Counted from the first letter of the stretch, positions 28,156-37,319 are shown. The stretch is DNA of 64,000 bases from an uncultured Rikenellaceae bacterium (GCA_964435015.1 CAYSXP010000022.1:1734-65733), one strand, 5' to 3'. The notes: generated by a model from the letters alone, not told the origin. Made by a program: numbers and translations.

Positions 28156-29937
28156 CTAATAACTCTCCCTTTCCACGTAGTGTGTATGCAGAAGCTCATG
28201 CGACTTATGGCTGTTGGGTTTGCCGAGGAACTCGCCGTAGATTGCTATCACGTCGGGGTTTTCATGCGATTTTCTCAGAACCATGTGTTCATCTTCCGAA
28301 TAGATGGCTTTCATACGGTTTTTCCTTATCTCCATGCTTGTGGGAATTGGCTGTCCGCCGCCCCCTATGCAACCACCCGGGCAGGCCATGATCTCAACGA
28401 AGTGGTAAGGAGCTGTTCCCTGCCTCACCTGCCGCATTATTTCATTTGCATTTGTCAGTCCGTGGGCAATGGCCACCCTCAGTTCAACACCCTCGAGGAA
28501 TTTCCATTCCTCCAGGCACCCTTCAATCTTTATTGAAGCTTCCTTCACGCCGTCCATGCCGCGAACAGGGACAATATTAAGATTCTGGAAAGGCACTTCC
28601 CTGCCGGTAACAATCTCATAGGCGGTTCTCAGGGCCGCCTCCATCACCCCGCCGGTTGCGCCGAATATCACGCCTGCTCCGGTCGATTCACCCATGATTG
28701 AATTGTAATGACCGGGTTCGAGGTTCCTGAAATCTATTCCTGCCTGCTTGATCATTATTGCCAGTTCCCTTGTGGTCAACACATAATCGATGTCTTTAAA
28801 GCCGCTGGCCCTCATTTCAGGGCGGTCGGCCTCGAATTTCTTGGCAGTGCACGGCATGATCGACACCGATACTATTTTGGCGGGATCGAGCTTCTTCTTC
28901 TGTGCATAGAAGGTTTTGGCCAGGGCCCCGAACATTTGCTGGGGCGACTTGCATGTCGACAGGTTTGGAAGGAATTCGGGATACTTGTGTTCAATGAATT
29001 TTACCCATCCGGGTGAACAGGATGTAAACATCGGAAATTTAATGCCCGCATCACCGTCAACAAGGGCCTTTTTCAGGCGGACCAGAAGTTCGGTTCCTTC
29101 TTCCATGATTGTAAGGTCGGCGCTGAAATCGGTATCCAGTACGGAATCAAAGCCCAGCTGTTTCAGTGCGGTCACCATTTTGCCGGTTACCCTTTCGCCC
29201 GGATCATATCCGAGATCCTCTCCGAGGGCAACCCTCACAGCCGGTGCAGTCTGGACCACCACATGCTTTTCAGGGTCATAAATTGCATCCCACACATAGT
29301 CAATGTATGTTTTTTCAACCAGGGCCCCTGTCGGGCAGCGGTTCACGCACTGTCCGCAGTTAGTGCATATGACATTGCTCATGGGCCTGTCGTGGAATGA
29401 CGAGATCTTCTGATGGGCGCCCTTGTTCGCCACTGCAATGGCAGATATGTACTGCAGCTCCGTACATGTTCTGACGCACCTCTGGCACCTGATGCATTTG
29501 CTGTCATCCTTGATGAATGACGGTGATGATCTGTCAATGGTATAGGGATGATCTTCGACAAGGTCGAGAAAAATTGTGTCGCCGAAGGCAAATTCATTGG
29601 CCAGCGCCTGCAGTTCGCACTTCTGGTTCTTGTAGCATTTGGTGCAGTCGGACCTGTGTTCCGACAGCAGCAGTTCCACAACATGCTTCCTTGCGTTCCT
29701 CACTTTCAGGGTGTTGGTATGAATATCCATTCCTTCCGATACCGGCATGGCGCAGGCGGCAACAAGTGTCCTTGCGCCCTTCTGTTCAACAAGGCACACA
29801 CGGCAGTTTCCGGCCACACACAGGTCGGAATGATTGCACAGTGTCGGGATGTTGATGTTAAGTTTCTTTGCTGCATCCAGAACGGTTGTACCTGCGGGCA
29901 CGCGGATCTTCTGGTCGTTTATTGTTAGATTTACCAT
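28156..29937 (-). CDS. hydA: [FeFe]-hydrogenase catalytic subunit (M3-type, CpI-like domain order)
   Basis: 593 aa. N-terminal 2Fe-2S domain (CNHSDLCVAGNCRVC), a His-ligated cluster region (HRSDCTKC), and two 4Fe-4S motifs (CIRCQRCVRTC, CTNCGQCVNRCP). H-cluster motifs are FTSCSPGW, MPCTAKKFE and EIMACPGGCIGGGGQP. Confidence 0.92.
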   Translation of the reverse strand: MVNLTINDQKIRVPAGTTVLDAAKKLNINIPTLCNHSDLCVAGNCRVCLVEQKGARTLVAACAMPVSEGMDIHTNTLKVRNARKHVVELLLSEHRSDCTKCYKNQKCELQALANEFAFGDTIFLDLVEDHPYTIDRSSPSFIKDDSKCIRCQRCVRTCTELQYISAIAVANKGAHQKISSFHDRPMSNVICTNCGQCVNRCPTGALVEKTYIDYVWDAIYDPEKHVVVQTAPAVRVALGEDLGYDPGERVTGKMVTALKQLGFDSVLDTDFSADLTIMEEGTELLVRLKKALVDGDAGIKFPMFTSCSPGWVKFIEHKYPEFLPNLSTCKSPQQMFGALAKTFYAQKKKLDPAKIVSVSIMPCTAKKFEADRPEMRASGFKDIDYVLTTRELAIMIKQAGIDFRNLEPGHYNSIMGESTGAGVIFGATGGVMEAALRTAYEIVTGREVPFQNLNIVPVRGMDGVKEASIKIEGCLEEWKFLEGVELRVAIAHGLTNANEIMRQVRQGTAPYHFVEIMACPGGCIGGGGQPIPTSMEIRKNRMKAIYSEDEHMVLRKSHENPDVIAIYGEFLGKPNSHKSHELLHTHYVERESY

Positions 29938-29961
29938 ATATTTCAGATTTTCAGTTTGTTA

Positions 29962-31128
29962 TTAGTAAATAATCTCTTCCTTGAAGTTCTCAACAATGGT
30001 CCTGAAGGCATTTCCAACGGACTGGCCCAGTCCGCATTTGGATGCGATCTTCATCGTTTCGGCCAGCTTGACAAGCTCATTGAGATATGATGATTTCATT
30101 TCTCCCTTCTTGACCTTCTCAACACCCTTGAGAAGCTGCTGGCAGCCTACCCGGCAGGGTGTGCATTGCCCGCATGACTCTTCCGCAAAAAAATCGAGAT
30201 AGTTGTGCAGCACATTGTACATCGACCTTGAGCTGTTGAACAGTTTCATGGAACCGCCCGTAGGCACTCCCTCAAAGCCAATTATTGTGTCGGTGAATCT
30301 TTTCCTTGGCACACAGAAACCGGAAGCACCCCCGACCTGAACGGCCTTCGTATCGCCGTCGCCGAACTCATTCACGAACTCCTGGACAGTCATTCCAAGC
30401 TCGAGTTCAAATATTCCCGGAGTCGGGGTGTCGCCCGACACGGAAAACACCTTCGATCCCCTGGAATCCTTCGTTCCAAGCTGATTGTACACCCCTGCGC
30501 CTTCCTTGACGATCATCAGCACTGTAACGAGCGTTTCAACATTGTTTATGGATGTTGGCTTGCCGTAAACACCGGAAGTGGTGGGATAAGGCGGCTTATT
30601 CCGGGGTTCTCCCCTGAATCCCTCAACCGATTCGAAAAGGGCGCTCTCCTCACCGCAAATATATGCACCGCTTCCAAGTGCATAATTGATATGAAAGTCA
30701 TACCCTATTTCCGCTATCATTGCATGAAAAGATTCGAGCTCCCGCATCAGCTGCGGAAGAAGGAACCTGTATTCTCCCCTCAGGTAAACAATGCCTTTCC
30801 TGGCACCTATCGCATGGCCTGCAATAGCCATTCCCCCGTACATCTTACCGGCTGCCTTGTCGAGTATCTCCCTGTCCTTGAATGTTCCCGGTTCGCCTTC
30901 ATCAGCATTGCAAACCACATATTTTTCGGGGTCCTTCTCAGCAGCAGTATATTTCCATTTCAACCCTGTGGGGAACCCGGCGCCGCCACGGCCTTTGAGC
31001 CCTGATTCAAGAAGCTCCTGAATTATCTCTTCACTGCTCATCCTGAAGGCTTTGGTCAGAACCTCCCTTAGATCTACCTTTTCAAAGATGAGATCAACTT
31101 TATTCAATCCTGTATTTCTCATTGCCAT
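29962..31128 (-). CDS. hydB: NuoF-like flavoprotein subunit of the hydrogenase (FMN/NADH-binding, one 4Fe-4S)
   Basis: 388 aa. GRGGAGFPTGLKW, CNADEGEPGTFKDR and ESCGQCTPCRVG...KCGLG. The protein ends right after the N3-type cluster and has no extra ferredoxin-like domains. Confidence 0.9.
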   Translation of the reverse strand: MAMRNTGLNKVDLIFEKVDLREVLTKAFRMSSEEIIQELLESGLKGRGGAGFPTGLKWKYTAAEKDPEKYVVCNADEGEPGTFKDREILDKAAGKMYGGMAIAGHAIGARKGIVYLRGEYRFLLPQLMRELESFHAMIAEIGYDFHINYALGSGAYICGEESALFESVEGFRGEPRNKPPYPTTSGVYGKPTSINNVETLVTVLMIVKEGAGVYNQLGTKDSRGSKVFSVSGDTPTPGIFELELGMTVQEFVNEFGDGDTKAVQVGGASGFCVPRKRFTDTIIGFEGVPTGGSMKLFNSSRSMYNVLHNYLDFFAEESCGQCTPCRVGCQQLLKGVEKVKKGEMKSSYLNELVKLAETMKIASKCGLGQSVGNAFRTIVENFKEEIIY

Positions 31129-31137
31129 TACGGGTAT

Positions 31138-31602
31138 TTATTTCTTCATATAACTTTTAATGATCTCTACAACTCTTTCCGGAGTGAGCTCAGTGAAAGG
31201 CATTTCATTGATAAGCATTGCCGGAGCCTTGTGGCACCATCCTATGCAATTCGTTTCCATCAGGGTGAAAAGCTTGTCGGAAGTGGTTTCTCCAACCTTT
31301 ACTTTCAGCATGTCTTCCAGAACCTGGAGTATCTCTATTTTACCCTTCATTGCACAGGTAATTGTTTTGCAGACTCTTATCACGTACCTGCCACGTTCCT
31401 TCGTGTCGAGAAAAGTGTAAAAAGAGGCTGTCCCATACACCTCTGCAGCCGAGATGTCCAGTTCCTTCGCCACCTCCACCATTGCCTCATCGGTAAGGTA
31501 ACTGTGTTTAGCCACAATACCCTGAAGTACGGGCATCAGACTGTCCCTTGCCCGTCCGTGCTTCTCAGTCAGTTCCTTTACAAGATTTCCTACTTGATAC
31601 AT
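31138..31602 (-). CDS. hydC: NuoE-like thioredoxin-fold [2Fe-2S] subunit of the hydrogenase
   Basis: 154 aa. Cys pattern VCKTITCAM...NCIGWCHKAP is typical of NuoE/HydC. It is the first gene of the hydCBA run. Confidence 0.9.
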   Translation of the reverse strand: MYQVGNLVKELTEKHGRARDSLMPVLQGIVAKHSYLTDEAMVEVAKELDISAAEVYGTASFYTFLDTKERGRYVIRVCKTITCAMKGKIEILQVLEDMLKVKVGETTSDKLFTLMETNCIGWCHKAPAMLINEMPFTELTPERVVEIIKSYMKK

Positions 31603-32035
31603 TTCTTATTGATTTTTAGGTAATTAATAAATTTTCCCTGAAAAAAATATGATATTACAGGTGCTGTTAAAATAATAACAATACTTTTTTAAAAAAATTA
31701 TATTTGTCATAAAAGTATATTTGGCATGAAAATAAATCAGGCCGTTCCTCAATATCTTCATGTTACAGGTGTATTTCCGCACGTATTCTACAGGGAACAT
31801 TTTCAATGGCTGCCGGGGTGTTCCCCGCAATCGGGCAGCGGGATATCAGGCGGCTGCCTGTACATCACGGCATAAGCCAGACGGTATATGTGATGCTTTC
31901 AGCCGGTATGGGATATAACTTTCAATACTCACAATATTCCACCCACACAATTCGCTGATTTTTCAGGAAGGAGATATTTATTAAAGGAATTCAGCCGGGA
32001 AAAATTGAATTTGGTGAAAAAATCTCGTATATTGT

Positions 32036-32060
32036 CAGTCAGTCTGCGACAGACTGACTG
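32036..32060. promoter_or_regulatory. perfect 11-bp inverted repeat with a 3-nt spacer (operator or RNA hairpin)
   Basis: CAGTCAGTCTG-CGA-CAGACTGACTG verified base by base. It ends 39 nt upstream of the ATG at 32099. Confidence 0.4.
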
Positions 32061-32098
32061 GTATGATCAAAAGAAACAAATAAAAAGGAGGCTACCAT

Positions 32099-32509
32099 AT
32101 GGCACAATACCTATGCAAGGCATGCAGGGGGGTTTTGAACGTAAAAACTTCGATAATCCTTTCCGCCACAAAGCTCAACAGTTCCAATAAGGGATTGCTG
32201 TACCTCAATCCGGAGCTTGGAAACTACACGGTGGATACACATCCTACCTTTAAAATCGAAGAAGGTGAGGAATACCTTATAAACTGTCCCATCTGTCATG
32301 CCCACCTGAACAGTCTGAAATACGACCATCTTGTCAGGATAAAGATGATTGATGACAAGGGTGAGGAGTTTGATATATATTTTTCAGACATTGTCGGTGA
32401 AAAATGCACATTCAAGATCAGCGGTTCCATGGTTGAGAAAATGGGTCCGGATGCCGTTAAATACGACAAGTATTTCGACATTCCCGAAGAAGATAAAAAG
32501 TATCTGTGA
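32099..32509 (+). CDS. hypothetical protein with two CxxC pairs (zinc-ribbon-like)
   Basis: 136 aa with CKAC near the N-terminus and CPIC at about residue 63. Preceded by a canonical AAGGAGG 10 nt upstream of the ATG. No family recognised. Confidence 0.55.
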   Translation: MAQYLCKACRGVLNVKTSIILSATKLNSSNKGLLYLNPELGNYTVDTHPTFKIEEGEEYLINCPICHAHLNSLKYDHLVRIKMIDDKGEEFDIYFSDIVGEKCTFKISGSMVEKMGPDAVKYDKYFDIPEEDKKYL

Positions 32510-32564
32510 TCCTTCCCGGGCAACCAGCCAGATCAGTTTTCATTGCACCTTCAACAATATATTT

Positions 32565-32572
32565 TAATTTTG
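32565..32572 (+). promoter_or_regulatory. candidate Bacteroidota -7 promoter box (TAnnTTTG)
   Basis: TAATTTTG lies 50 nt upstream of the tkt ATG at 32622. Confidence 0.4.
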
Positions 32573-32621
32573 CGTCCGTTCTGACCAGTAACGGCAGATA
32601 TTCTGTTATTCAAGAAACACT

Positions 32622-34655
32622 ATGCTAAACCAAAAAGCTGCAGACAACATTCGCATTCTGGCGATGTCGATGGTTGAAAAGGCAAGATCGGGGCATCCCG
32701 GGGGCGCCATGGGCGGAGCCGATTTCATCCACATTCTTTTTTCAGAATTCCTGAATTTTGATCCCGGGGATCCATTCTGGATAAACCGCGACAGGTTCTT
32801 TCTTGATCCCGGGCACATGTCGCCCATGCTTTATGGGGTACTGACCCTTACGGGCCATTTCACCGTTGGCGACATAAAAAGCTTTCGGCAATGGGGCAGC
32901 CCGGCGCCGGGCCACCCCGAGCTGGATGTAGCGCGGGGAGTGGAGAACACATCCGGCCCCCTGGGACAGGGGCATACCATGGCTGTCGGTGCGGCAATTG
33001 CCGAAAGGTTTCTTGCAGCACGGTTCGGGGAGCTGTTTTCCCATAAAACCTATGCATTTATTTCCGACGGGGGGATCCAGGAGGAGATATCCCAGGGTGC
33101 GGGCCGCCTGGCCGGTTTCCTGGGGCTGAACAATCTCATATTGTTCTACGACTCGAATGATATCCAGCTCTCGACTGAGACCAGCGCCGTCACTGCCGAA
33201 GACACTTCTTCGAAATACAGGTCGTGGGGATGGAACGTGATCACCATCGACGGCAACAACCACGATCAGATCAGGGAAGCCCTGACCAATGCCTGCAGGG
33301 AGAAAGAAAGACCGACAATCATCATCGGCCGGACAATTATGGGAAAGGGGCTGCTCGACAATGAGGGAAAGAGTTTTGAAAGAAAAACCTCAACCCATGG
33401 AATGCCGGTGAGCGAAGCCGGCGGCTCGTTCGAAAAGTCGGTTGGGAACCTGGGCGGCAATCCTGACGACCCTTTCATGATCTTTGATGAAGTAAAGGAA
33501 CTGTATAAAGGGATCCTGAATAAAAAGAGAAAGCTGGCTGAAGAATGGAAGGAAAAGAAGAAGAAATGGGCGGAGGAGAACAGTGAATCAGCTCAGAGGC
33601 TCGACCTGTACTATTCGGGCAGGATACCTGAAACAGATTTCAGTGCGGTTATCCAGAAAGAAGGCTCCGCCACGAGGGCGGCCTCTTCTGCTGTCCTGGC
33701 CATGCTGGCACAGAAACTGGGAAACATGATAGTGGCATCGGCTGACCTTTCCAATTCCGATAAAACCGACGGTTTCCTGAAGCATACGAAAGCGTTCACC
33801 AGGGGCGACTTCTCCGGAGCATTTCTCCAGGCCGGTGTTGCAGAACTGACAATGGCCGCGGTAATGAACGGCATGGCACTCCACGGGGGCGTCATTCCTG
33901 CCTGCGGGACCTTTTTTGTTTTTTCCGATTACATGAAGCCCGCCGTCAGGCTGGCATGCCTGATGGAACTTCCTGTCAGGTATATCTGGACACACGATGC
34001 CTTCCGTGTCGGTGAGGACGGCCCGACCCACCAGCCTGTTGAACAGGAAGCACAGATCCGCCTTATGGAACAGCTCAGGAACCACAGCGGGATCAACAGC
34101 ATGCTTGTCCTCAGGCCGGCTGATGCAAATGAGACCACGGCAGCATGGAAAATGGCACTGGAAAATACGCGCACCCCGACTGCCCTGATACTTAGCCGGC
34201 AAAACATAAAGGATCTGCCTTCGCCGACGAATGACCGCTATACGGATGCACTGCAGCTGGAAAAAGGTGCATACATAGTGAGCGACTGCGACGGCAAACC
34301 GGATATAATCCTGATCGCGAACGGTTCGGAAGTCTCTACCCTGTTTGATGGAGCCGAACTTCTTAAGAAACACAGGCTCAGGATCAGGATAGTCTCAGCT
34401 CCTTCCGAAGGGCTGTTCAGGAATCAAAGCGAGGAGTACCGGAAATCAGTTATTCCCGGCAATGTTCCGGTATTCGGGCTCACGGCAGGCCTGCCCGTCA
34501 CACTTGCAGGGCTCGCCGGGCCCCGCGGCAGGGTATGGGGGGTCAGCAGCTTCGGCTATTCCGCACCATACAAGGTACTGGATGAAAAACTGGGATTCAC
34601 TGCTGATAATGTTTACCATCAGGTAATGGACCTGCTGGCATCAGCCGCTGAATGA
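32622..34655 (+). CDS. tkt: transketolase
   Basis: 677 aa. SGHPGGAMGGADF, the GPLGQG ThDP motif, and pyrimidine-binding and C-terminal domains throughout. Confidence 0.95.
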   Translation: MLNQKAADNIRILAMSMVEKARSGHPGGAMGGADFIHILFSEFLNFDPGDPFWINRDRFFLDPGHMSPMLYGVLTLTGHFTVGDIKSFRQWGSPAPGHPELDVARGVENTSGPLGQGHTMAVGAAIAERFLAARFGELFSHKTYAFISDGGIQEEISQGAGRLAGFLGLNNLILFYDSNDIQLSTETSAVTAEDTSSKYRSWGWNVITIDGNNHDQIREALTNACREKERPTIIIGRTIMGKGLLDNEGKSFERKTSTHGMPVSEAGGSFEKSVGNLGGNPDDPFMIFDEVKELYKGILNKKRKLAEEWKEKKKKWAEENSESAQRLDLYYSGRIPETDFSAVIQKEGSATRAASSAVLAMLAQKLGNMIVASADLSNSDKTDGFLKHTKAFTRGDFSGAFLQAGVAELTMAAVMNGMALHGGVIPACGTFFVFSDYMKPAVRLACLMELPVRYIWTHDAFRVGEDGPTHQPVEQEAQIRLMEQLRNHSGINSMLVLRPADANETTAAWKMALENTRTPTALILSRQNIKDLPSPTNDRYTDALQLEKGAYIVSDCDGKPDIILIANGSEVSTLFDGAELLKKHRLRIRIVSAPSEGLFRNQSEEYRKSVIPGNVPVFGLTAGLPVTLAGLAGPRGRVWGVSSFGYSAPYKVLDEKLGFTADNVYHQVMDLLASAAE

Positions 34656-34804
34656 GCCCTCCCCGGCCCGTACCGGCCGCACCATAATTGTTGAATAATT
34701 CGGCCTGATGTTAAAAACCTGCTGCCGGGATTTTCATGTTTTGTTTATCTTGGGTTGAAATTCCCGGTCTTTTTTTTAAAAGTCCGGCAAATACCCAGGC
34801 CTGT

Positions 34805-35872
34805 ATGAAAAAGCTAATCATTGCTCTTCTTTTTCCTTCCGTTTTTCTCGTCCCGTCCCTCCTCGGCCAGGGCGGGTCCACTGTGTTCCCGGCGGCCATC
34901 AGCGACACTCAGGATGTCAGTATCAGGCTTTTCGATTCGGAAGAGCCTCTTGATATTTCGCTCAGGTTCGATATAAGCCATTATAAAAGGAAAAAGTCGG
35001 ACACAACATATCTTGACGCCATTCTGACCTATTATACCGGCGGAAATGATTCGGTAAGCAAAAAAATAAAGATCAGGGCCCGGGGGGAGATCCGCAGGCA
35101 AATTTGTGATTTCCCGCCGCTGTTCCTGAATTTCAGGATGAAAGGCTCAAAGGACGACGAATTCACCGGTATCAACAAGCTGAAGCTCGTACCTTACTGT
35201 AAAATCGGTTATGAGGATTATGTCCTCAGGGAATACCTCATATACAGGCTTTACAATGTTCTTACCGGGAACAGTCTCAGGGTGCGGCTTTTCAGGATCA
35301 CTCTCTGCAATACCGCAAAACCCGGCAAGCCCCTGGAACAGTTCGGGTTTGCAATTGAACCGACCAGTGTGTTTGAAAAAAGGACCGGTTCCGTTGAACT
35401 TGAGAATGTAAAACTGTCGAGGAGTTTTATCAAGCCGGAGATGCTCGACAGATGTGCGATATTTAATTTTATGATAGGGAACACCGACTGGTCGGTCCCG
35501 AATATGCACAATGTCCTCCTGTTTCAGCAGCCATTCTCTGAACAGCCTGAACTGGCAATGATCGTTCCATACGATTTTGATTACTCGGGGCTGGTAAACG
35601 CCGAATACGCCGTTCCCTTTGAAACCCTTCCCATCAAATCGGTAAAGGACAGGTTGTACATGGGCTCCTGCAGGAGCAGGGAAGAATTCAGGAAGGCGCT
35701 TGTTGAGTTTACCGCCAGAAAGGAAGAGTTTTACCGGACAGTAAACGATTTTCAGTATCTGAGCGACAGGTCAAAAAGGGAAATAATCAGGTATCTTGAC
35801 GGATTCTACAAGCTTTTCGACAAGCGGGAAACAATAATTGCAACCCTGCTTCTTGAGTGCAGGGAACCCTGA
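34805..35872 (+). CDS. secreted hypothetical protein
   Basis: Start moved to the ATG at 34805, giving the signal-peptide-like MKKLIIALLFPSVFLVPSLLGQ. No family recognised from sequence. Confidence 0.55.
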   Translation: MKKLIIALLFPSVFLVPSLLGQGGSTVFPAAISDTQDVSIRLFDSEEPLDISLRFDISHYKRKKSDTTYLDAILTYYTGGNDSVSKKIKIRARGEIRRQICDFPPLFLNFRMKGSKDDEFTGINKLKLVPYCKIGYEDYVLREYLIYRLYNVLTGNSLRVRLFRITLCNTAKPGKPLEQFGFAIEPTSVFEKRTGSVELENVKLSRSFIKPEMLDRCAIFNFMIGNTDWSVPNMHNVLLFQQPFSEQPELAMIVPYDFDYSGLVNAEYAVPFETLPIKSVKDRLYMGSCRSREEFRKALVEFTARKEEFYRTVNDFQYLSDRSKREIIRYLDGFYKLFDKRETIIATLLLECREP

Positions 35873-35890
35873 TCATGTTATTTTTTTCAC

Positions 35891-35898
35891 TATCTTTG
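35891..35898 (+). promoter_or_regulatory. candidate Bacteroidota -7 promoter box (TAnnTTTG)
   Basis: TATCTTTG lies 24 nt upstream of the internal ATG at 35922. This supports the shorter HAD gene model. Confidence 0.4.
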
Positions 35899-35921
35899 CA
35901 CCCTCATTTTCAAACTGCTTC

Positions 35922-36521
35922 ATGAAGTACGATATCAAACCGGGTGTGAAAGGATTGATCTTTGATCTCGACGGGACCCTTGCCGACACCATGCCTTACC
36001 ACTTCAGGGCCTGGCAGAAGGCCTGCGCCAGGTTCGGGGCCCATATTGACAGTAATTTCCTGAGGAGGCACACAGGCAGCCCCGGCTGGATAATTGCAGA
36101 AGAAGTGATAAAAAGCTGCGGGCTCAACGGCAATGTTTCCATCGACAGCATTATGAATGAAAAGATGAAGGAATTCTTCCGGCTCCAGCATCTCATTAAA
36201 CCCATTGAACCTGTTACGGATATCGTAAGGAAATATCACGGCATCCTGCCCATGGCTGTGGGAACCGGGGGGCACAGGGAGGCCGTGGATAAAACGCTTG
36301 AAATAGCCGGTCTGACGCATTTTTTCGACATAGTGATCACTGCAAACGATGTCAGTTCATTCAAGCCCCACCCTGAGACCTTCCTCAGGTGTGCGGAGCT
36401 GATGAAGGTTGACCCTCCCTTCATCGAGGTCTTCGAAGATGCCGAACTTGGCATTGAAGCTGCACACAATGCAGGTATGATTGTAACTGATGTAAGAACA
36501 TGGTATGATTCAGGCTGGTAA
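35922..36521 (+). CDS. HAD-superfamily hydrolase (beta-phosphoglucomutase-like subfamily IA)
   Basis: Motif I is LIFDLDGTLADT. The downstream part is HAD-like (AVGTGG...; FEDAELGIEAAHNAGM). Confidence 0.85.
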   Translation: MKYDIKPGVKGLIFDLDGTLADTMPYHFRAWQKACARFGAHIDSNFLRRHTGSPGWIIAEEVIKSCGLNGNVSIDSIMNEKMKEFFRLQHLIKPIEPVTDIVRKYHGILPMAVGTGGHREAVDKTLEIAGLTHFFDIVITANDVSSFKPHPETFLRCAELMKVDPPFIEVFEDAELGIEAAHNAGMIVTDVRTWYDSGW

Positions 36522-36620
36522 GGGAACACCGAACGGGTAACGCGCAAGGGGTGCCGCGGCTTTACCTTTGGCCCTGCCGGCAGCCTGCCCGCATCAATAT
36601 TTATTAAGGCCGACCAGATT

Positions 36621-37280
36621 ATGCAATATGTCATTGCAAAAACCGCCGACGGGTCACATACCCTTTATGTACCTGAAATTGACGAATATTATCATTCCGT
36701 TCACGGCGCCATACAGGAATCGGTTCATGTCTTCATAAAAAACGGGCTGGAATATTCTTCAGCAAATCCTGCAAGGATCTTCGAGGCCGGATTCGGCACG
36801 GGCCTGAATGCCCTTCTTGCGTGCATCAGTGCAGCAGCCGGCAGAAGAAAGGTATTTTACACATCCATTGAGAAGCATCCTCTTCCCGAAACTATCGCAG
36901 CGTCGCTCAACTATGCCGGTATTCTTGGCAAGGAAGCCGGGCACCTGTTTGAACTGATTCATTCCTGTGAATGGGACCGGCCGGTTGAAATAGGCGGGAA
37001 TTTCACACTTCATAAAATCCGCGGTGATCTGGTTTCGGAAGAAGTTGAAGGCGTTTATGACCTTATTTTCTTTGATGCCTTCGGTCCCGGCAAACAGCCG
37101 GAAATATGGGCGCCGGAAGTTTTCACGAAGATTTCCGGCATAACGGGGCCCGGAGGGATTTTTATGACATACTCTGTTAAGGGTGAGGTAAAGCGGGCCC
37201 TCAGGGCAAACGGATTTGCTGTTTCCCTGCTGCCCGGTCCGCCAGGTAAGCGCCATATTTTAAGAGCAGTTAAAACCTGA
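36621..37280 (+). CDS. mnmD: tRNA 5-methylaminomethyl-2-thiouridine methyltransferase (MnmC methyltransferase-domain homolog, MnmD-like)
   Basis: 219 aa. FEAGFGTGLNALL and DLIFFDAFGPGKQPEIWAPEVF match the MnmC methyltransferase / DUF752 signatures. Confidence 0.72.
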   Translation: MQYVIAKTADGSHTLYVPEIDEYYHSVHGAIQESVHVFIKNGLEYSSANPARIFEAGFGTGLNALLACISAAAGRRKVFYTSIEKHPLPETIAASLNYAGILGKEAGHLFELIHSCEWDRPVEIGGNFTLHKIRGDLVSEEVEGVYDLIFFDAFGPGKQPEIWAPEVFTKISGITGPGGIFMTYSVKGEVKRALRANGFAVSLLPGPPGKRHILRAVKT

Positions 37281-37319
37281 AAAAAAAATCCTTTTACTTT
37301 GTTCATGCAGTCAAAGTAT

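Noticed and set aside
31726-31875. 49-codon ORF (MKINQAVPQYLHVTGVF...) in the hydC upstream spacer
   Set aside because: Its ATG lies only 3 nt after the candidate -7 box, so it would not be on that transcript. It has no signal or domain features, and its GC-rich part coincides with the putative RNA structure.
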